A stretch of DNA of 64,000 nucleotides, taken from NCBI GenBank assembly GCA_965226375.1, contig CBDDCX010000008.1, forward strand, positions 992,001 through 1,056,000, written 5' to 3'. Source of the DNA: Longimicrobiales bacterium (GTDB lineage: Bacteria > Gemmatimonadota > Gemmatimonadetes > Longimicrobiales > Gaopeijiaceae). The notes beneath the pieces are model-generated. The model ran no database searches, was not told the DNA's origin, and saw only the letters and a program-made list of their open reading frames with translations. Made by a program: the position numbers and the translations under genes. Position 1 is the first letter of the stretch; every line of letters begins with the position of its first letter. Shown here piece by piece: positions 1 to 10,382 of this stretch.

Positions 1-923
1 ACCGCCGAGTTGAACGCCTCCGTGCCATCGATGTTGACCATGTGGCCGGCATCCTCGATAATCTCGAAGGCGGCCCCGGGAACCAGTCCGGAGAACTCCC
101 GCACGGTCTCGACCGGAATCTCGTCGTAGCGGCCGACGACGAAGAGCACCGGCAAATCGAGCTCCGGCAGCCGGCCCACCCGATCGAAGTCCAGCAGTGT
201 TCCGGTCGCCGTGAACTCAGTCGGTCCCCACATGTACTCGTACACCTGCGCATTGGGGCCGGGGTCGTCCTCACAACCCGGAAGGACCGGCCACGGCCAC
301 TCGCTGCGCACCAGGAATCGGGCGTAAAAGGAATCCGTCGCGGCCAGGTATTCCGGCGATGTGTAGTCACCGGTCGCCTCACCCTGCCTCAACGCCTCTG
401 CCTGGCTCGGAGGGAGTTGCCCGATCAAGTCGGCGGCTTCCTCGACCCAACGAGGCGTGCTGAGCATCGGCCCGACGAACACGACCGAGCGCACTCCCTC
501 GGGTCGCGTAAGCATGTACTCGATCGACAGCGTGCCTCCCCAGGAGTGCCCCATTATGTGGACCTCGTCCAGCCGGAGAGCCGCACGCAGCACATCGATT
601 TCTTCAAGGAAGCGGGGAATCTCCCAGAGGGAGGTGTCGTCCGCGGGATCCGATCGGCCAGCCGCGAGCTGATCGTAGAGGATAACCGGTCTGTCCTGAG
701 CGATCCCCGTGAGGGTCGAGATATAGCTGCAGCTGCCGAAGCCAGGCCCGCCGTGAATGACGAGGAGTGGCGTACCGGTCGACTCCGCTCCGAGGGTCTG
801 ATACCAGATCCTGCCGCTCGGGACTTCTACGTAGCCCTCTGGCGGTGCGGGGGTCGGAGAGTCGGCGCAACCGACGAGTGCTACGGTCAGCACCAAGCCG
901 AATGGAAGGGCCCTTGGTCGCAT
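1..923 (-). CDS. Proline iminopeptidase-family alpha/beta hydrolase, lipoprotein (3' end runs off the window)
   Basis: Manual translation from ATG 923 (GGAGG upstream): MRPRALPFGLVLTVALVGC lipobox, GRIWY, VIHGGPG, LYDQL, GHSWGG nucleophile elbow. Absent from the ORF track because it has no stop within the window. Confidence 0.88.
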   Translation of the reverse strand, partial: MRPRALPFGLVLTVALVGCADSPTPAPPEGYVEVPSGRIWYQTLGAESTGTPLLVIHGGPGFGSCSYISTLTGIAQDRPVILYDQLAAGRSDPADDTSLWEIPRFLEEIDVLRAALRLDEVHIMGHSWGGTLSIEYMLTRPEGVRSVVFVGPMLSTPRWVEEAADLIGQLPPSQAEALRQGEATGDYTSPEYLAATDSFYARFLVRSEWPWPVLPGCEDDPGPNAQVYEYMWGPTEFTATGTLLDFDRVGRLPELDLPVLFVVGRYDEIPVETVREFSGLVPGAAFEIIEDAGHMVNIDGTEAFNSA

Positions 924-1122
924 GTGTTCCTCCGACGCTTCGAAGATCGGGCCGTGCCGGCCGTGTGAATGACATCACGGACGGAGGGCGAATCGCGAAT
1001 ACTATTGTTCCACCACTGCCTCAACGGCCGCAAGGTGGAGCGCGCCGGTGCCCACACGACCTCGGCTTGCGCCTCCCGGCCTGCGCATAGGATGTTGAGC
1101 ACCGCCTAGTCTCGGAGTGCCG

Positions 1123-3761
1123 ATGTCCGATCCCATCGAACGACTCAATACCTCCCTCGAGGGCCGCTACGCCATCGAGCGCGAGTTGGGTGAAGGCGGC
1201 ATGGCTACGGTCTATCTGGCCGACGACCTGAAGCACGAGCGAAAGGTCGCCCTCAAGGTCCTTAAGCCCGAGCTGGCGGCCGTAGTCGGTGCCGAGCGCT
1301 TCCTCGCCGAGATCAAGACCACCGCCAATCTCCAGCACCCGCACATCCTCCCGCTCTTCGATTCCGGAGAGGCGGACACCTACCTCTTCTACGTGATGCC
1401 CTATATCGAGGGCGAGACGCTCCGGCAACGCATCGATCGGGAGCGGCAACTCCCGGTGGACGAGGCCGTAGGGATCGCCAAGGCGGTAGCCGAGGCCCTC
1501 GATTATGCGCATCGCCAAAATGTGATCCACCGGGACATCAAGCCGGAGAACATTCTCCTGCACGAGGGCAATCCCCTGGTCGCTGACTTCGGCATCGCCC
1601 TTGCGGTTCAGCAAGCGGGTGGTGGCCGGCTCACTGAGACCGGGTTGAGTCTCGGCACGCCGTATTACATGAGCCCGGAACAGGCCACGGCGGACCGTGA
1701 TCCCGGTCCCCAGAGTGACGTCTACTCCCTGGCCAGTGTGCTCTATGAGATGCTCACTGGTGAGCCGCCACACTCGGGCACGTCGGCCCAGGCCATTCTC
1801 GGCAAGATTCTCACATCCGACCCGGTGCGGCCCACCGAGTTGCGCCGCTCGGTCCCCCCGCATGTGGAAGCTGTGGTCTTGCGCTGCCTGGAGAAGCTTC
1901 CCGCCGATAGACTCTCGTCGGCGGCTGACTTTGCGGAAGGGCTGGACAAACCGGGCAAGGTGGAGTTCGGAAGGGGTATGGGGACGGAGCCCACGAGGGC
2001 ACGCCGCGGAGGTTGGCTTTCCTGGACGATCGCCGCTGGCGCGGTCGTGGGGCTGGCCGTGACCCTGCTCGGACGCATCGGCTCTTCGACGGAATTCGCG
2101 TCCGCCACCCTCCGTGCGGTCCTCGAGCTGCCGTCCGACGCCTACCTCGTGACTCCGAACCTCTCCATCACCCCCGACGGCCGACGCCTCGTCGTGCACG
2201 GCTTCATCGATGGGCGTCAGAGCCTGCTCGTGCGCGACCTCGACGACATTTTGTTCCGACCGTTGGCCGATACCGAGGGGGTCAGCGACCCTGCGATTTC
2301 CCCCGACGGCAGGTGGGTCAGCCATAGATCCGGCGACGGTCTGATGAAGACACCCGTGGCAGGTGGGCCGTCGGTTGTGCTGGACGCCGATTCCCGTTGG
2401 GGGTTGGGTCACTGGACCGCGTCAGACACGCTGTACTACTCCCGTAGCTACCGGAGCGGGATCTGGAGAGTCGGCGCAGAAGGCGGGAACCCGGAGATGC
2501 TTACTAGCCCCGACGAAGAGAGGGGGGAGCTCTCCCACTGGTGGCCCCAGCTCCTTCCGGATGGTGAGCACGTGCTCTTCACCGCGTTTCGAACCCCGAT
2601 CGATCGGGCGGAGATCGTCGCCTTGTCTCTCACCACCGGTGAGCAGCGGGTCATCCTCTCGGGAGGGGTGCATGGTCGGTACGTGTCGACCGGCCACCTC
2701 CTCTATGCCAGAGAGGAGGCCCTACTGGCGGTCCCCTTCGATCTGGACCGAATGGAGGTGACCGGCGACCCGGTGACGGTCGTGAGCGACCTGGCGATGG
2801 AGCACCCGGACGGTCTCGGCGGCTACACCGTGTCCGCAACCGGGACCCTGGTGTACCTACCGGCCTCGGACTTCAGTGCGCCGGCGGATCTCGTGTTCGT
2901 CGCTCGTAACGGTTCAGAGACCCTAGTCCTCCCCGAGCCCGGCCTCTATTCGGATCCCGCCCTGTCTCCGGATGGCCGCCGGATAGCACTCTCGATCAGG
3001 GAATCGGCAGAACCAGGTGACATCTTTGTGCTCGATCTCGTGAGGGGTACCCGCTCGCGACTCACCGAGGGGGGCGGTAAGGACTTCGGACCGCGTTGGA
3101 CACCGGACGGTAGCCGGGTGATCTACATTGTCGAGTCCCCGGTGTTCGACCTACACATACGCCCCGCCGATGCCAGCAGCCCGGCTTCCGTTCTAGTGAC
3201 CGGAGCGTACGACAATTACCCGGTTCGTTTTCTCCCGACGGGCACAGTCTGATCTTCACGCGTTGGACCCTGCCCAATGCTCGGGCGATGTCGGTTCCGC
3301 TGGGCGGAGGCGTGGCCGACACGGTGTTCGCGCCGGCCTTTCCTGTGAACGACGCGACGTTGTCTCCCGACGGACGATGGTTGGCGTATACAGCGACGGA
3401 GTCTGGCAGGCCGGAGGTCTTTGTTTCGAGCTACCCCGATCCGTCGCTGAGCAGGCAACAGGTGTCCTCGGAGGGTGGCCTCAACCCGCTGTGGACCCGC
3501 GACGGGAGGGAGATCGTGTTCCGGAGCGGGGACCAGGTAATCGCGGTGACGGTGGATCCGGCCTCCGGGGATCTCGGTCGGCCAGAGGTGCTGTTCGAGG
3601 GGCCCTACCTGTCCCCAGCGGGGAACCATGCATTGGGATACGATGTCTCCGCCGACGGTGAGAGGTTCTTATTCGTGAAGCGCCCCCCTGAACGAGCACC
3701 GCGCCGCTTGATCGTGGTGACGAACTTCTTCGAGGCACTGAAGCGGATCGTGCCCAACTGA
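1123..3761 (+). pseudogene. Ser/Thr protein kinase + TM helix + TolB-like beta-propeller, frameshifted near 3220
   Basis: GEGGMATVY, VALK, HRDIKPEN, DFG and YMSPE motifs, then SPDG repeats. ORFs 1117-3252 and 3288-3761 join as YPGSFSPDGHSLIF if one C is restored in the ccc at 3219-3221. Confidence 0.85.
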
Positions 3762-3810
3762 TGTCCGACCCCGTCATGCCGGAGCACGGACGAAGACTCC
3801 GGAGGGACCC

Positions 3811-5628
3811 ATGTCCATAGATCGACGACGCTTCCTGCTGAAGTCCACCGCGGCCGCGGTCGGGCTCGGTGCCCTTCCGGCGGGCTTCCCTCCGGCGGCG
3901 GCCGCTGACCTGGCCTGGGCCGGTGAGGCCGAAGCCGACCGTTCCGGCGCCATGCCCGTCCAAGATTGGCTGGACGGCTTCTTCAGGGCCTACTACGCCC
4001 GGCGGCCGGTCAACGCCACATTCATCGGCATCCACGACCACGATCATGTCCTGCCGGACTTCTCGGAGCAGGGTGCCGGGGATACGCTGGCCGAGATGGA
4101 GGAGTTGTTGAGAGGGGCGGCGGGTCTCGATCCTTCGCCATCACGCGAGAGCGTGCCCACCGAAGCCATCGACAAGCGCCTCGCCGAGGGCTTCCTGCGC
4201 ATCCAGATCTGGGAGCATGGCTCGCAGCATTTTCGGCTCGGCAACCCGACCCTTTATACGGGCGAGGCGGTCTTCGGCTCCATCTCGCTCTTCCTCACCG
4301 ACTTCGCTCCCATGTCGGAACGTGTCGAAGCGGCCACCGCGCGAATGGAAGGCGTGGCGGCGCTCCTGGAGCAGGCACGGGAGAATGTGCGGCGTGCGCC
4401 CGCCGAGTGGACGGCACGGGCCATCCGCGAGTGCGAGGGGGCCCGCCTCTTCCTTACCGAGGGGATCGACATCCTCTCCGCCGAGAATCAGATCACGACG
4501 CCCGGCTTCCGGAGAGCGGCGGAGCGTGCTGCAACGGTGTTCGCGGATTTCGAGACCCACCTGGAGACCGAGCTGCTCACGCGGACCGCGGACGAGCTTG
4601 CCTGCGGTGAAGAGGCGTTCCGCCTCTATCTGACGGACGGCCACTTTGTCGAGACGGAGCCTGAAGAGATCGTGCGCTACGCCGAGGAGCGGGCTGCCGA
4701 GGTACAGGCGGAGCTGGAATCGGCCGCGCGGGCGCTCGGTGCTGTCGACTCCACCGAGGCCTTGGCCGGTCTCAGGTCCGCCCACCCGACCACCGACGCC
4801 TACTACGATCGTTATGGGCAGGTGTGGGATGAGATGCGTGATGTCGTCGAAGAAGGGGAGCTTCTCACCTGGCCCGACCCCGAGCTCCCGATCCGTTACG
4901 TAGCGCGGCCCGCTTGGGCACCACCCTACCTGTACTTCCTCTCCTACAGGGCGCCCGCGGCTTTCGGTCGGCCCTCGATGCACGATTATCTGGTAAGGGC
5001 CATCGATACTAGCCTGCCGGCGGAGCGGCAGGAGGAGTTACTCCGGGGTACGAACGACAGCGTCATCAAGCTCAACCACGTCATCCATCACGGGCACGTC
5101 GGCCACCACGTTCAAAACTCGTACGCCTACCGATCCGCCTCCCGAATCGGTCAGGTCGCCGCGGTGGATTGCGCTTCCCGCATCGCCATGTTCTGTGGGG
5201 GCACCATGGCCGAGGGCTGGGCGTCCTATTCCACCGCCCTCATGCGCGAGGCCGGTGCCCTCACTCCCCTGGAGGCGCTGTCCGAGCTGAAGGGGCAGCT
5301 ACGCATGTATGCCCGGGCGGTGGTGGACGTGCGTCTACACCTCGGCCACTACACCCTCGAAGAGGCCGCCGAGCACTACGAGCGGGAGGCGGACATGACG
5401 CCCGGGTCGGCCCGCGGCGAGGCCGTCAGAAACAGCATGTTCCCTGGGACGGCCGTCATGTACATGCTGGGTAGGGAAGAGATCCGTCGATTGAGGCGGG
5501 AGATGGAGGAGCGACAGGGAGACCGCTTCAGTCTTCGACGCTTCCATGACGACCTCTTGTCGTACGGATCCATCCCCGTCTCTCTGATCGGAGCCTCCAT
5601 GAGGGACAGGGAGTCAGATACGGGTTGA
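3811..5628 (+). CDS. DUF885-family protein with Tat signal
   Basis: DRRRFL Tat motif; HHGHVGHHVQ, AEGWASY, YMLG...I..LR and FHDDLLSYGSIP motifs typical of DUF885; GGAGGG RBS. Confidence 0.85.
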   Translation: MSIDRRRFLLKSTAAAVGLGALPAGFPPAAAADLAWAGEAEADRSGAMPVQDWLDGFFRAYYARRPVNATFIGIHDHDHVLPDFSEQGAGDTLAEMEELLRGAAGLDPSPSRESVPTEAIDKRLAEGFLRIQIWEHGSQHFRLGNPTLYTGEAVFGSISLFLTDFAPMSERVEAATARMEGVAALLEQARENVRRAPAEWTARAIRECEGARLFLTEGIDILSAENQITTPGFRRAAERAATVFADFETHLETELLTRTADELACGEEAFRLYLTDGHFVETEPEEIVRYAEERAAEVQAELESAARALGAVDSTEALAGLRSAHPTTDAYYDRYGQVWDEMRDVVEEGELLTWPDPELPIRYVARPAWAPPYLYFLSYRAPAAFGRPSMHDYLVRAIDTSLPAERQEELLRGTNDSVIKLNHVIHHGHVGHHVQNSYAYRSASRIGQVAAVDCASRIAMFCGGTMAEGWASYSTALMREAGALTPLEALSELKGQLRMYARAVVDVRLHLGHYTLEEAAEHYEREADMTPGSARGEAVRNSMFPGTAVMYMLGREEIRRLRREMEERQGDRFSLRRFHDDLLSYGSIPVSLIGASMRDRESDTG

Positions 5629-5751
5629 GCGGATGCTTAGACGTGACCGGAAGTGTCTCTGGAGCTTCCGCTTGCGACTCCTGGGACGCTGGTGCAGTGT
5701 CCCTGACCTGACCAGGGCGATGTGCAGCCGTTGAGAAAGGACCTCGTGCCG

Positions 5752-6267
5752 ATGAAGAATCTCAAACTCGCAGGGCACGTTCTTTCTCTCGTCATCATGT
5801 TCGCTCCGGACCTCAGTGCCCAGTCCCCGGCCCTTGGTGATGGTCCGTGGGAGTTCGACACCGTCAACCCACCGACGCGTATTCGCGTGTCGGTCGTCAC
5901 GAATGCGTTGACCCGCCCTTGGGGTCTAGCTTTCCTCCCGAATGGCGACATGCTCGTGACCGAAAGGGCCGGTACGCTCCGGATCATCCGTAACGGCGTG
6001 CTCGACACGGAACCAGTCTCCGGCGTGCCCGAGGTAGCCGCCAGGTGCCTGGGCGGTCTCCTGGATATCGCTCTTCATCCGAATTCTCACACCAACAATC
6101 TGGTCTATTTCGTCTACTCGAAACCAGGCGAGATCCCGGCCGGTGCCGGCTACTACGCAACGACCGCTCTGGGACGGGGGCGGTTCGACGGCGCTGCGTT
6201 ACAGGACGTTGAGGACGTGTTCGTGGCCGATGCCTGGAGTACGAATCCCTGTGGGCAGGCGGCACGG
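5752..6267 (+). pseudogene. PQQ-dependent aldose sugar dehydrogenase (YliI/GSDH-like), N-terminal fragment only
   Basis: Signal peptide, LTRPWGLAFLPNGDMLVTERAG and GGLLDIALHP motifs; family resemblance ends near 6260, about 170 codons in. Confidence 0.75.
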
Positions 6268-6479
6268 TATATCCGATGTTGCGTCGCTTCGAGCAATCCG
6301 GCCTGGTGGAGTCGACTTGGGAGACGCCCAAGCAGGCCTTCGGTCATCGACGCCCGCAGCGACGGAACTATAGCCTGACCGAAGAGGGTCAGCGTGCCCG
6401 TGCGGCGGCGGGAAAGCGATATCGCCAGCACCTGAAGGTGTTCGGCGAGGCCGCCCCTGGCGAACAGCCGGCGTACTGA
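6255..6479 (+). pseudogene. PadR-family regulator, 5'-truncated
   Basis: AGGTVYPMLRRFEQSGLVESTWE...RRNYSLTEEG is the PadR wHTH core. The N-terminal helices and start codon are missing, and it directly precedes a duplicated orphan permease. Confidence 0.8.
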
Positions 6480-6489
6480 GCCACTCGTC

Positions 6490-9212
6490 GTGAAGCCTCC
6501 GCCCAACAACGAGGACCGCCCCCCTGTTGCGTACCACCTGCTCGACCGGTGGATGCGTATCATGGCGTTGCTAGTCCCCCCGAATGAACGCGCGACGTGG
6601 ATCACGGAGTGGGATGGAGAGTTGTGGTACGGCATCGCAGCAAAGCAGCGGCCTCGACTTCATGCGGCTGTCGGATTGGCCGTGGGCATGTCGCGTGACG
6701 CGGTCCACGTACGACGACTCCAAACCAACAAGCCCGGCCGGCACCGCCGGTTGAGAGATGAACGGATGCACTCTGTGATCACCGATGTACGGCTCGGCCT
6801 GCGTAGACTGCGCAAGGCGCCCGGATTCACCGTGGTCGTGGCGGTTACGCTGGCGCTCGGAATCGGCGCGGCGACCACCGTCTTCAGCGTGGTCAACTCG
6901 CTGCTGCTCAATCCTTTGCCGTACCCGGACGCCGACCGCCTCGTAATCATGTGGCAGGGACGCCCCGCCGCGCAGGTCGACCGGGACTGGTTCTCCGGAG
7001 GTCACTACTCGGACATCCGAGAGCAGACCAACGCCTTCGAGGAATTGGCTCTCGTCACGGGGGGGGCATATACCATGACCGGCCGCGGCAACGCGGCCCG
7101 CGTGGGTTGGGTATAGGCGCAGTCCTCATACCTGCGCATGTTGGGCGCGACCGCGGCGCTCGGAAGGGTCCTTGACACAGGGGACGATCGAGCCGATGCC
7201 GGCGAGGTAGCCATGCTCACACATGGTCTGTGGCAGCGCTCCTTCGGTGAGGACCCGGACATCGTCGGCCAGACCATCACTCTGGACGGCAGCGACTTCG
7301 AGATCATAGGTGTGCTCACACCAGACCTACTGCTCGACAACGAAGTCATGCCGACTCCAGAAGCCGTCGGGCAGGTGGACATCGTGCTGTCCTTTCCGGT
7401 CTCCGGAACGCTGCTCGCCGACCGACTCACCGAGTGGTACAACATCGTCGGCAAGCTAGAGCAGGGCGTAACGCTGGCCCAGGCTCAGGCCGCTCTCGAT
7501 CTGGTGGCCGCGACGATCCAAGAGTTGCACGAAAGCGATCCCAACTCGGGGTTCTTCATCCGCGCTGTCCCGCTGATCGATGAAGTAGTCGGGAGTATCC
7601 GGCCGGCGTTGTTGGTGCTTCTGGCGTCCGTGGGCGGTGTGCTTCTCATCGCGTGTCTGAACGTTGCGAACCTCCTGCTTGCGCGCGCCACGTCACGCCG
7701 GCGAGAACTCGGTGTACGCGCCGCATTGGGGGCGAAACGCGGGCGCCTGGTGCAGAGTTGCTTACGGAGAGCGCTTTGCTCGCAGCGATCGGAGGCGTTC
7801 TCGGTGTTGGGTTCGCCGCCGCCGCCCTGGCGGCGATCCATCAATTGGGCGCCGCGAGTCTTCCGCGTGTAGAGGAGATCGCGATCGACGGGCGGGTGCT
7901 CCTCTTCTCGGTCACGGTTACAGCGGTGACCTGCCTCGTATTCGGCTTGTTGCCGGCCTGGCGCACATCCCGGATCAATCTTGCGGGTATCATGAACTTC
8001 TCAGGACGAGGGACTTCTTCACGCGGCAGCTTGTGGTCTCGCTCCAACCTCTCTAGTGCGCTGGTGGTCGCGGAGATCGGGTTATCCCTGGTGTTACTGA
8101 TCGGTGGAGGGCTGCTCGCGAGAAGTTTCATCGAACTGCAGCGGGTCGATCCAGGTTTCGAAACCAATGGGCGGCTCACGTTCGGGGTTGCGGTGAGCGG
8201 TGTCGAATACTCCGAAGCGCCTGCGCGGCTCGAATTCTACGACCAACTCGCGGAGCGCATCCGAGCGTTGCCGGGCGTGGCCGCGGTGGGGGCGACCACG
8301 GACCTTCCGTTAACCGGTAGCGTGAATTGGGCACCCATCGGAGTCGTGGACTACGTGCCACCGCAAGGCCAGGGGCATCAGGTCATCTCAGAGTACCGGG
8401 TCGTCTTGCCTGGCTACTTCGACGCGATGAGCATCCCGCTGATTCGTGGACGCCGGTTCGACGACAGGGACGTCTCGGACGGGACTCGGGTCGCGATCAT
8501 CGACGAACACTTCGCTGATACGTACTTCCCGGAGCGGGACCCGATCGGAATGCAGGTCGCCGCCTGGGGGGGACCGATGACCATCGTGGGCGTCGTCGGA
8601 ACGATCAAATACGACGCTTTGGACACCGATTCACGCGTAACCACCTATCAGCCGGTGAGCCAACTGACAAGATGGGCGCTCTCCGTCGTCGTCGAGACTG
8701 CGGGCGACCCGAACACCTTGGTGCAACCCGTGAGGCGTATCGTGCGGGAGTTGGATGAAGGCGTGGCGGTCGTCGACGTGATCTCAATGGACGGAATTCT
8801 TGCCAACTCCCTCAACCAACGTCGATTCTCGATGGTGCTCATCCACGTGCTCAGTATCGTTGCCCTGATTCTGGCCGGTATCGGCATCTACGGGCTCGTG
8901 TCGTACCGGGTAAAGCAGGGCACCCGCGAGCTCGGTATACGCGTGGCCCTCGGTGCGTCGACGAGAGGGATCCTGTCCTTGGTGCTGCGCCACGGCTTGG
9001 CTCTGTCCCTGGTCGGTATCGTGACTGGACTCGCTGCCGCTCTCAGCCTGGCTGGGTTCATGCGCTCGATGCTCTTCGGCGTGAGCGCGATCGATGGACT
9101 GACCTTCACGGCCGTGTCGGCCGGCCTCGTGGCTACGACATTGCTGGCCTGCTACATCCCGGCCCGGCGGGCCACCTTGATCGATCCCCTGGAGGCGATC
9201 AGGAGCGACTAG
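6490..9212 (+). pseudogene. ADOP-type (MacB/FtsX duplicated) ABC permease with in-frame TAG and a frameshift
   Basis: [38 protein letters not shown] and R..ELGIRVALGA motifs. In-frame TAG at 7114-7116; 1-nt frameshift near 7756 (RLVQ/ELLTES). Confidence 0.88.
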
Positions 9213-9997
9213 TTGACGTAGCCCTTTGTCCAAATAACGACCGCGCCACACTCGGCCCTGTGCCCACCCATCCACTCGGGCACGCCCGTCCGGTTAGGAT
9301 ACACCTCGAGGGCAGCAATTTCGGGCATACGAATCATGTTGGACCAGTACATGCTCGCCCTCCCGCGGCCGCCAATCTGCACAATGATGCGATCGATGGC
9401 GACGCTCATACGACCCCCCCCCCCCCCCCCCGGTCCCCGTGTCGAGAATACGTCGAAAGAAGTTCCGAAATCCTCGAACCGCACTGCCACCCCAGGTGCA
9501 CGGTTGAACAAGTCATCGAGAGTTATGAGTCCCGGTTTGGTGTCCATGTCCTCCGGCGTCAGGAAGTAGCCGAGCCCGACCTGTTCTCTTGTGTAGAACC
9601 CACCACGGGCCAACACCGCGAACTGCCCATCAACGACCGCTTCGATCGGGTCTAACACGACAGGGTCGATTCCCAGACGCAGGTCCGTGAAGGCAGTCTG
9701 TCCTGGTGCAACCGAGAAGACGGTCGATGTGGACGTGGCATATCCGATGCGCGCGACACGAAGGTGGTACGGGGCCTCATCAGGCAAGCGGACCTCGAAC
9801 TGGCCGTCCTCGTCGCTGACTGATTGGGCGACGACGGTCTCATCCGCGTCGAGCACTGCGACCTCGGCGCTCGCGATAGGGTCGTCCGTGATCTCGTCGG
9901 TGACCGTGCCCTGCACTGTCTGGGCCCATCCGGGGGTAGCGGACACGAGTAGCAGCGCCAGTGGCAGCCAGGTAGACCAACTCATCAAGACCCGCAT
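9209..9997 (-). CDS. Secreted carboxypeptidase-regulatory-like domain protein with C-terminal TonB-plug-like domain
   Basis: Signal peptide, VQGTVTD...SDEDGQF...RIGY, GFY.R, IAALEVY...CGAVVIWTK. Confidence 0.75.
   Translation of the reverse strand: MRVLMSWSTWLPLALLLVSATPGWAQTVQGTVTDEITDDPIASAEVAVLDADETVVAQSVSDEDGQFEVRLPDEAPYHLRVARIGYATSTSTVFSVAPGQTAFTDLRLGIDPVVLDPIEAVVDGQFAVLARGGFYTREQVGLGYFLTPEDMDTKPGLITLDDLFNRAPGVAVRFEDFGTSFDVFSTRGPGGGGGGRMSVAIDRIIVQIGGRGRASMYWSNMIRMPEIAALEVYPNRTGVPEWMGGHRAECGAVVIWTKGYVN
9414..9431. repeat. C18 (coding-strand G18) homopolymer inside the CDS
   Basis: Counted directly; encodes PGGGGGG in frame. Confidence 0.9.
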
Positions 9998-10382
9998 TCC
10001 GCACCCTCCCCACGTGTCGAAGAACAGTAGCCCTCGGTCACCGGCTCATCACTCATCATAGTAGTGATCCGCCACATCTGCTTCGGTGGCCCTCATCCGG
10101 ACCGCCGCGTGCACCCGCCTGAACGCGGCTCTCCAAGGTCGCCACGCCCGATGGTCTCAGCCACGGCCGGCCGTCGAGGGGGCTCACACTCGTAAGCGGC
10201 GCCCGTTTCCAGCTCAGCAATGCGGCCCCGCCACCTGTTATTCGAAGGGTCAACTCAGCACGGGCATTGACCCCACGGCGGCGAGAGGATAGCCATGAAA
10301 GGCTCTGCTCCGCTCCCCGCTGGGTTCCTGCCTTAGTGGGCACGCGCCGACGGTTGAATCTTTCTTTTTTTTGGGGGACTTC

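Noticed and set aside
42..968. 308-aa plus-strand ORF
   Set aside because: Antisense shadow of the minus-strand proline iminopeptidase; no motifs of its own.
7114..7116. In-frame TAG as pyrrolysine or amber recoding
   Set aside because: The same gene has a frameshift, and TAG is an ordinary stop in many genes here.
10365..10377. T8-G5 run before the amidohydrolase start
   Set aside because: Too short to argue for phase variation; the G run probably serves as the RBS.
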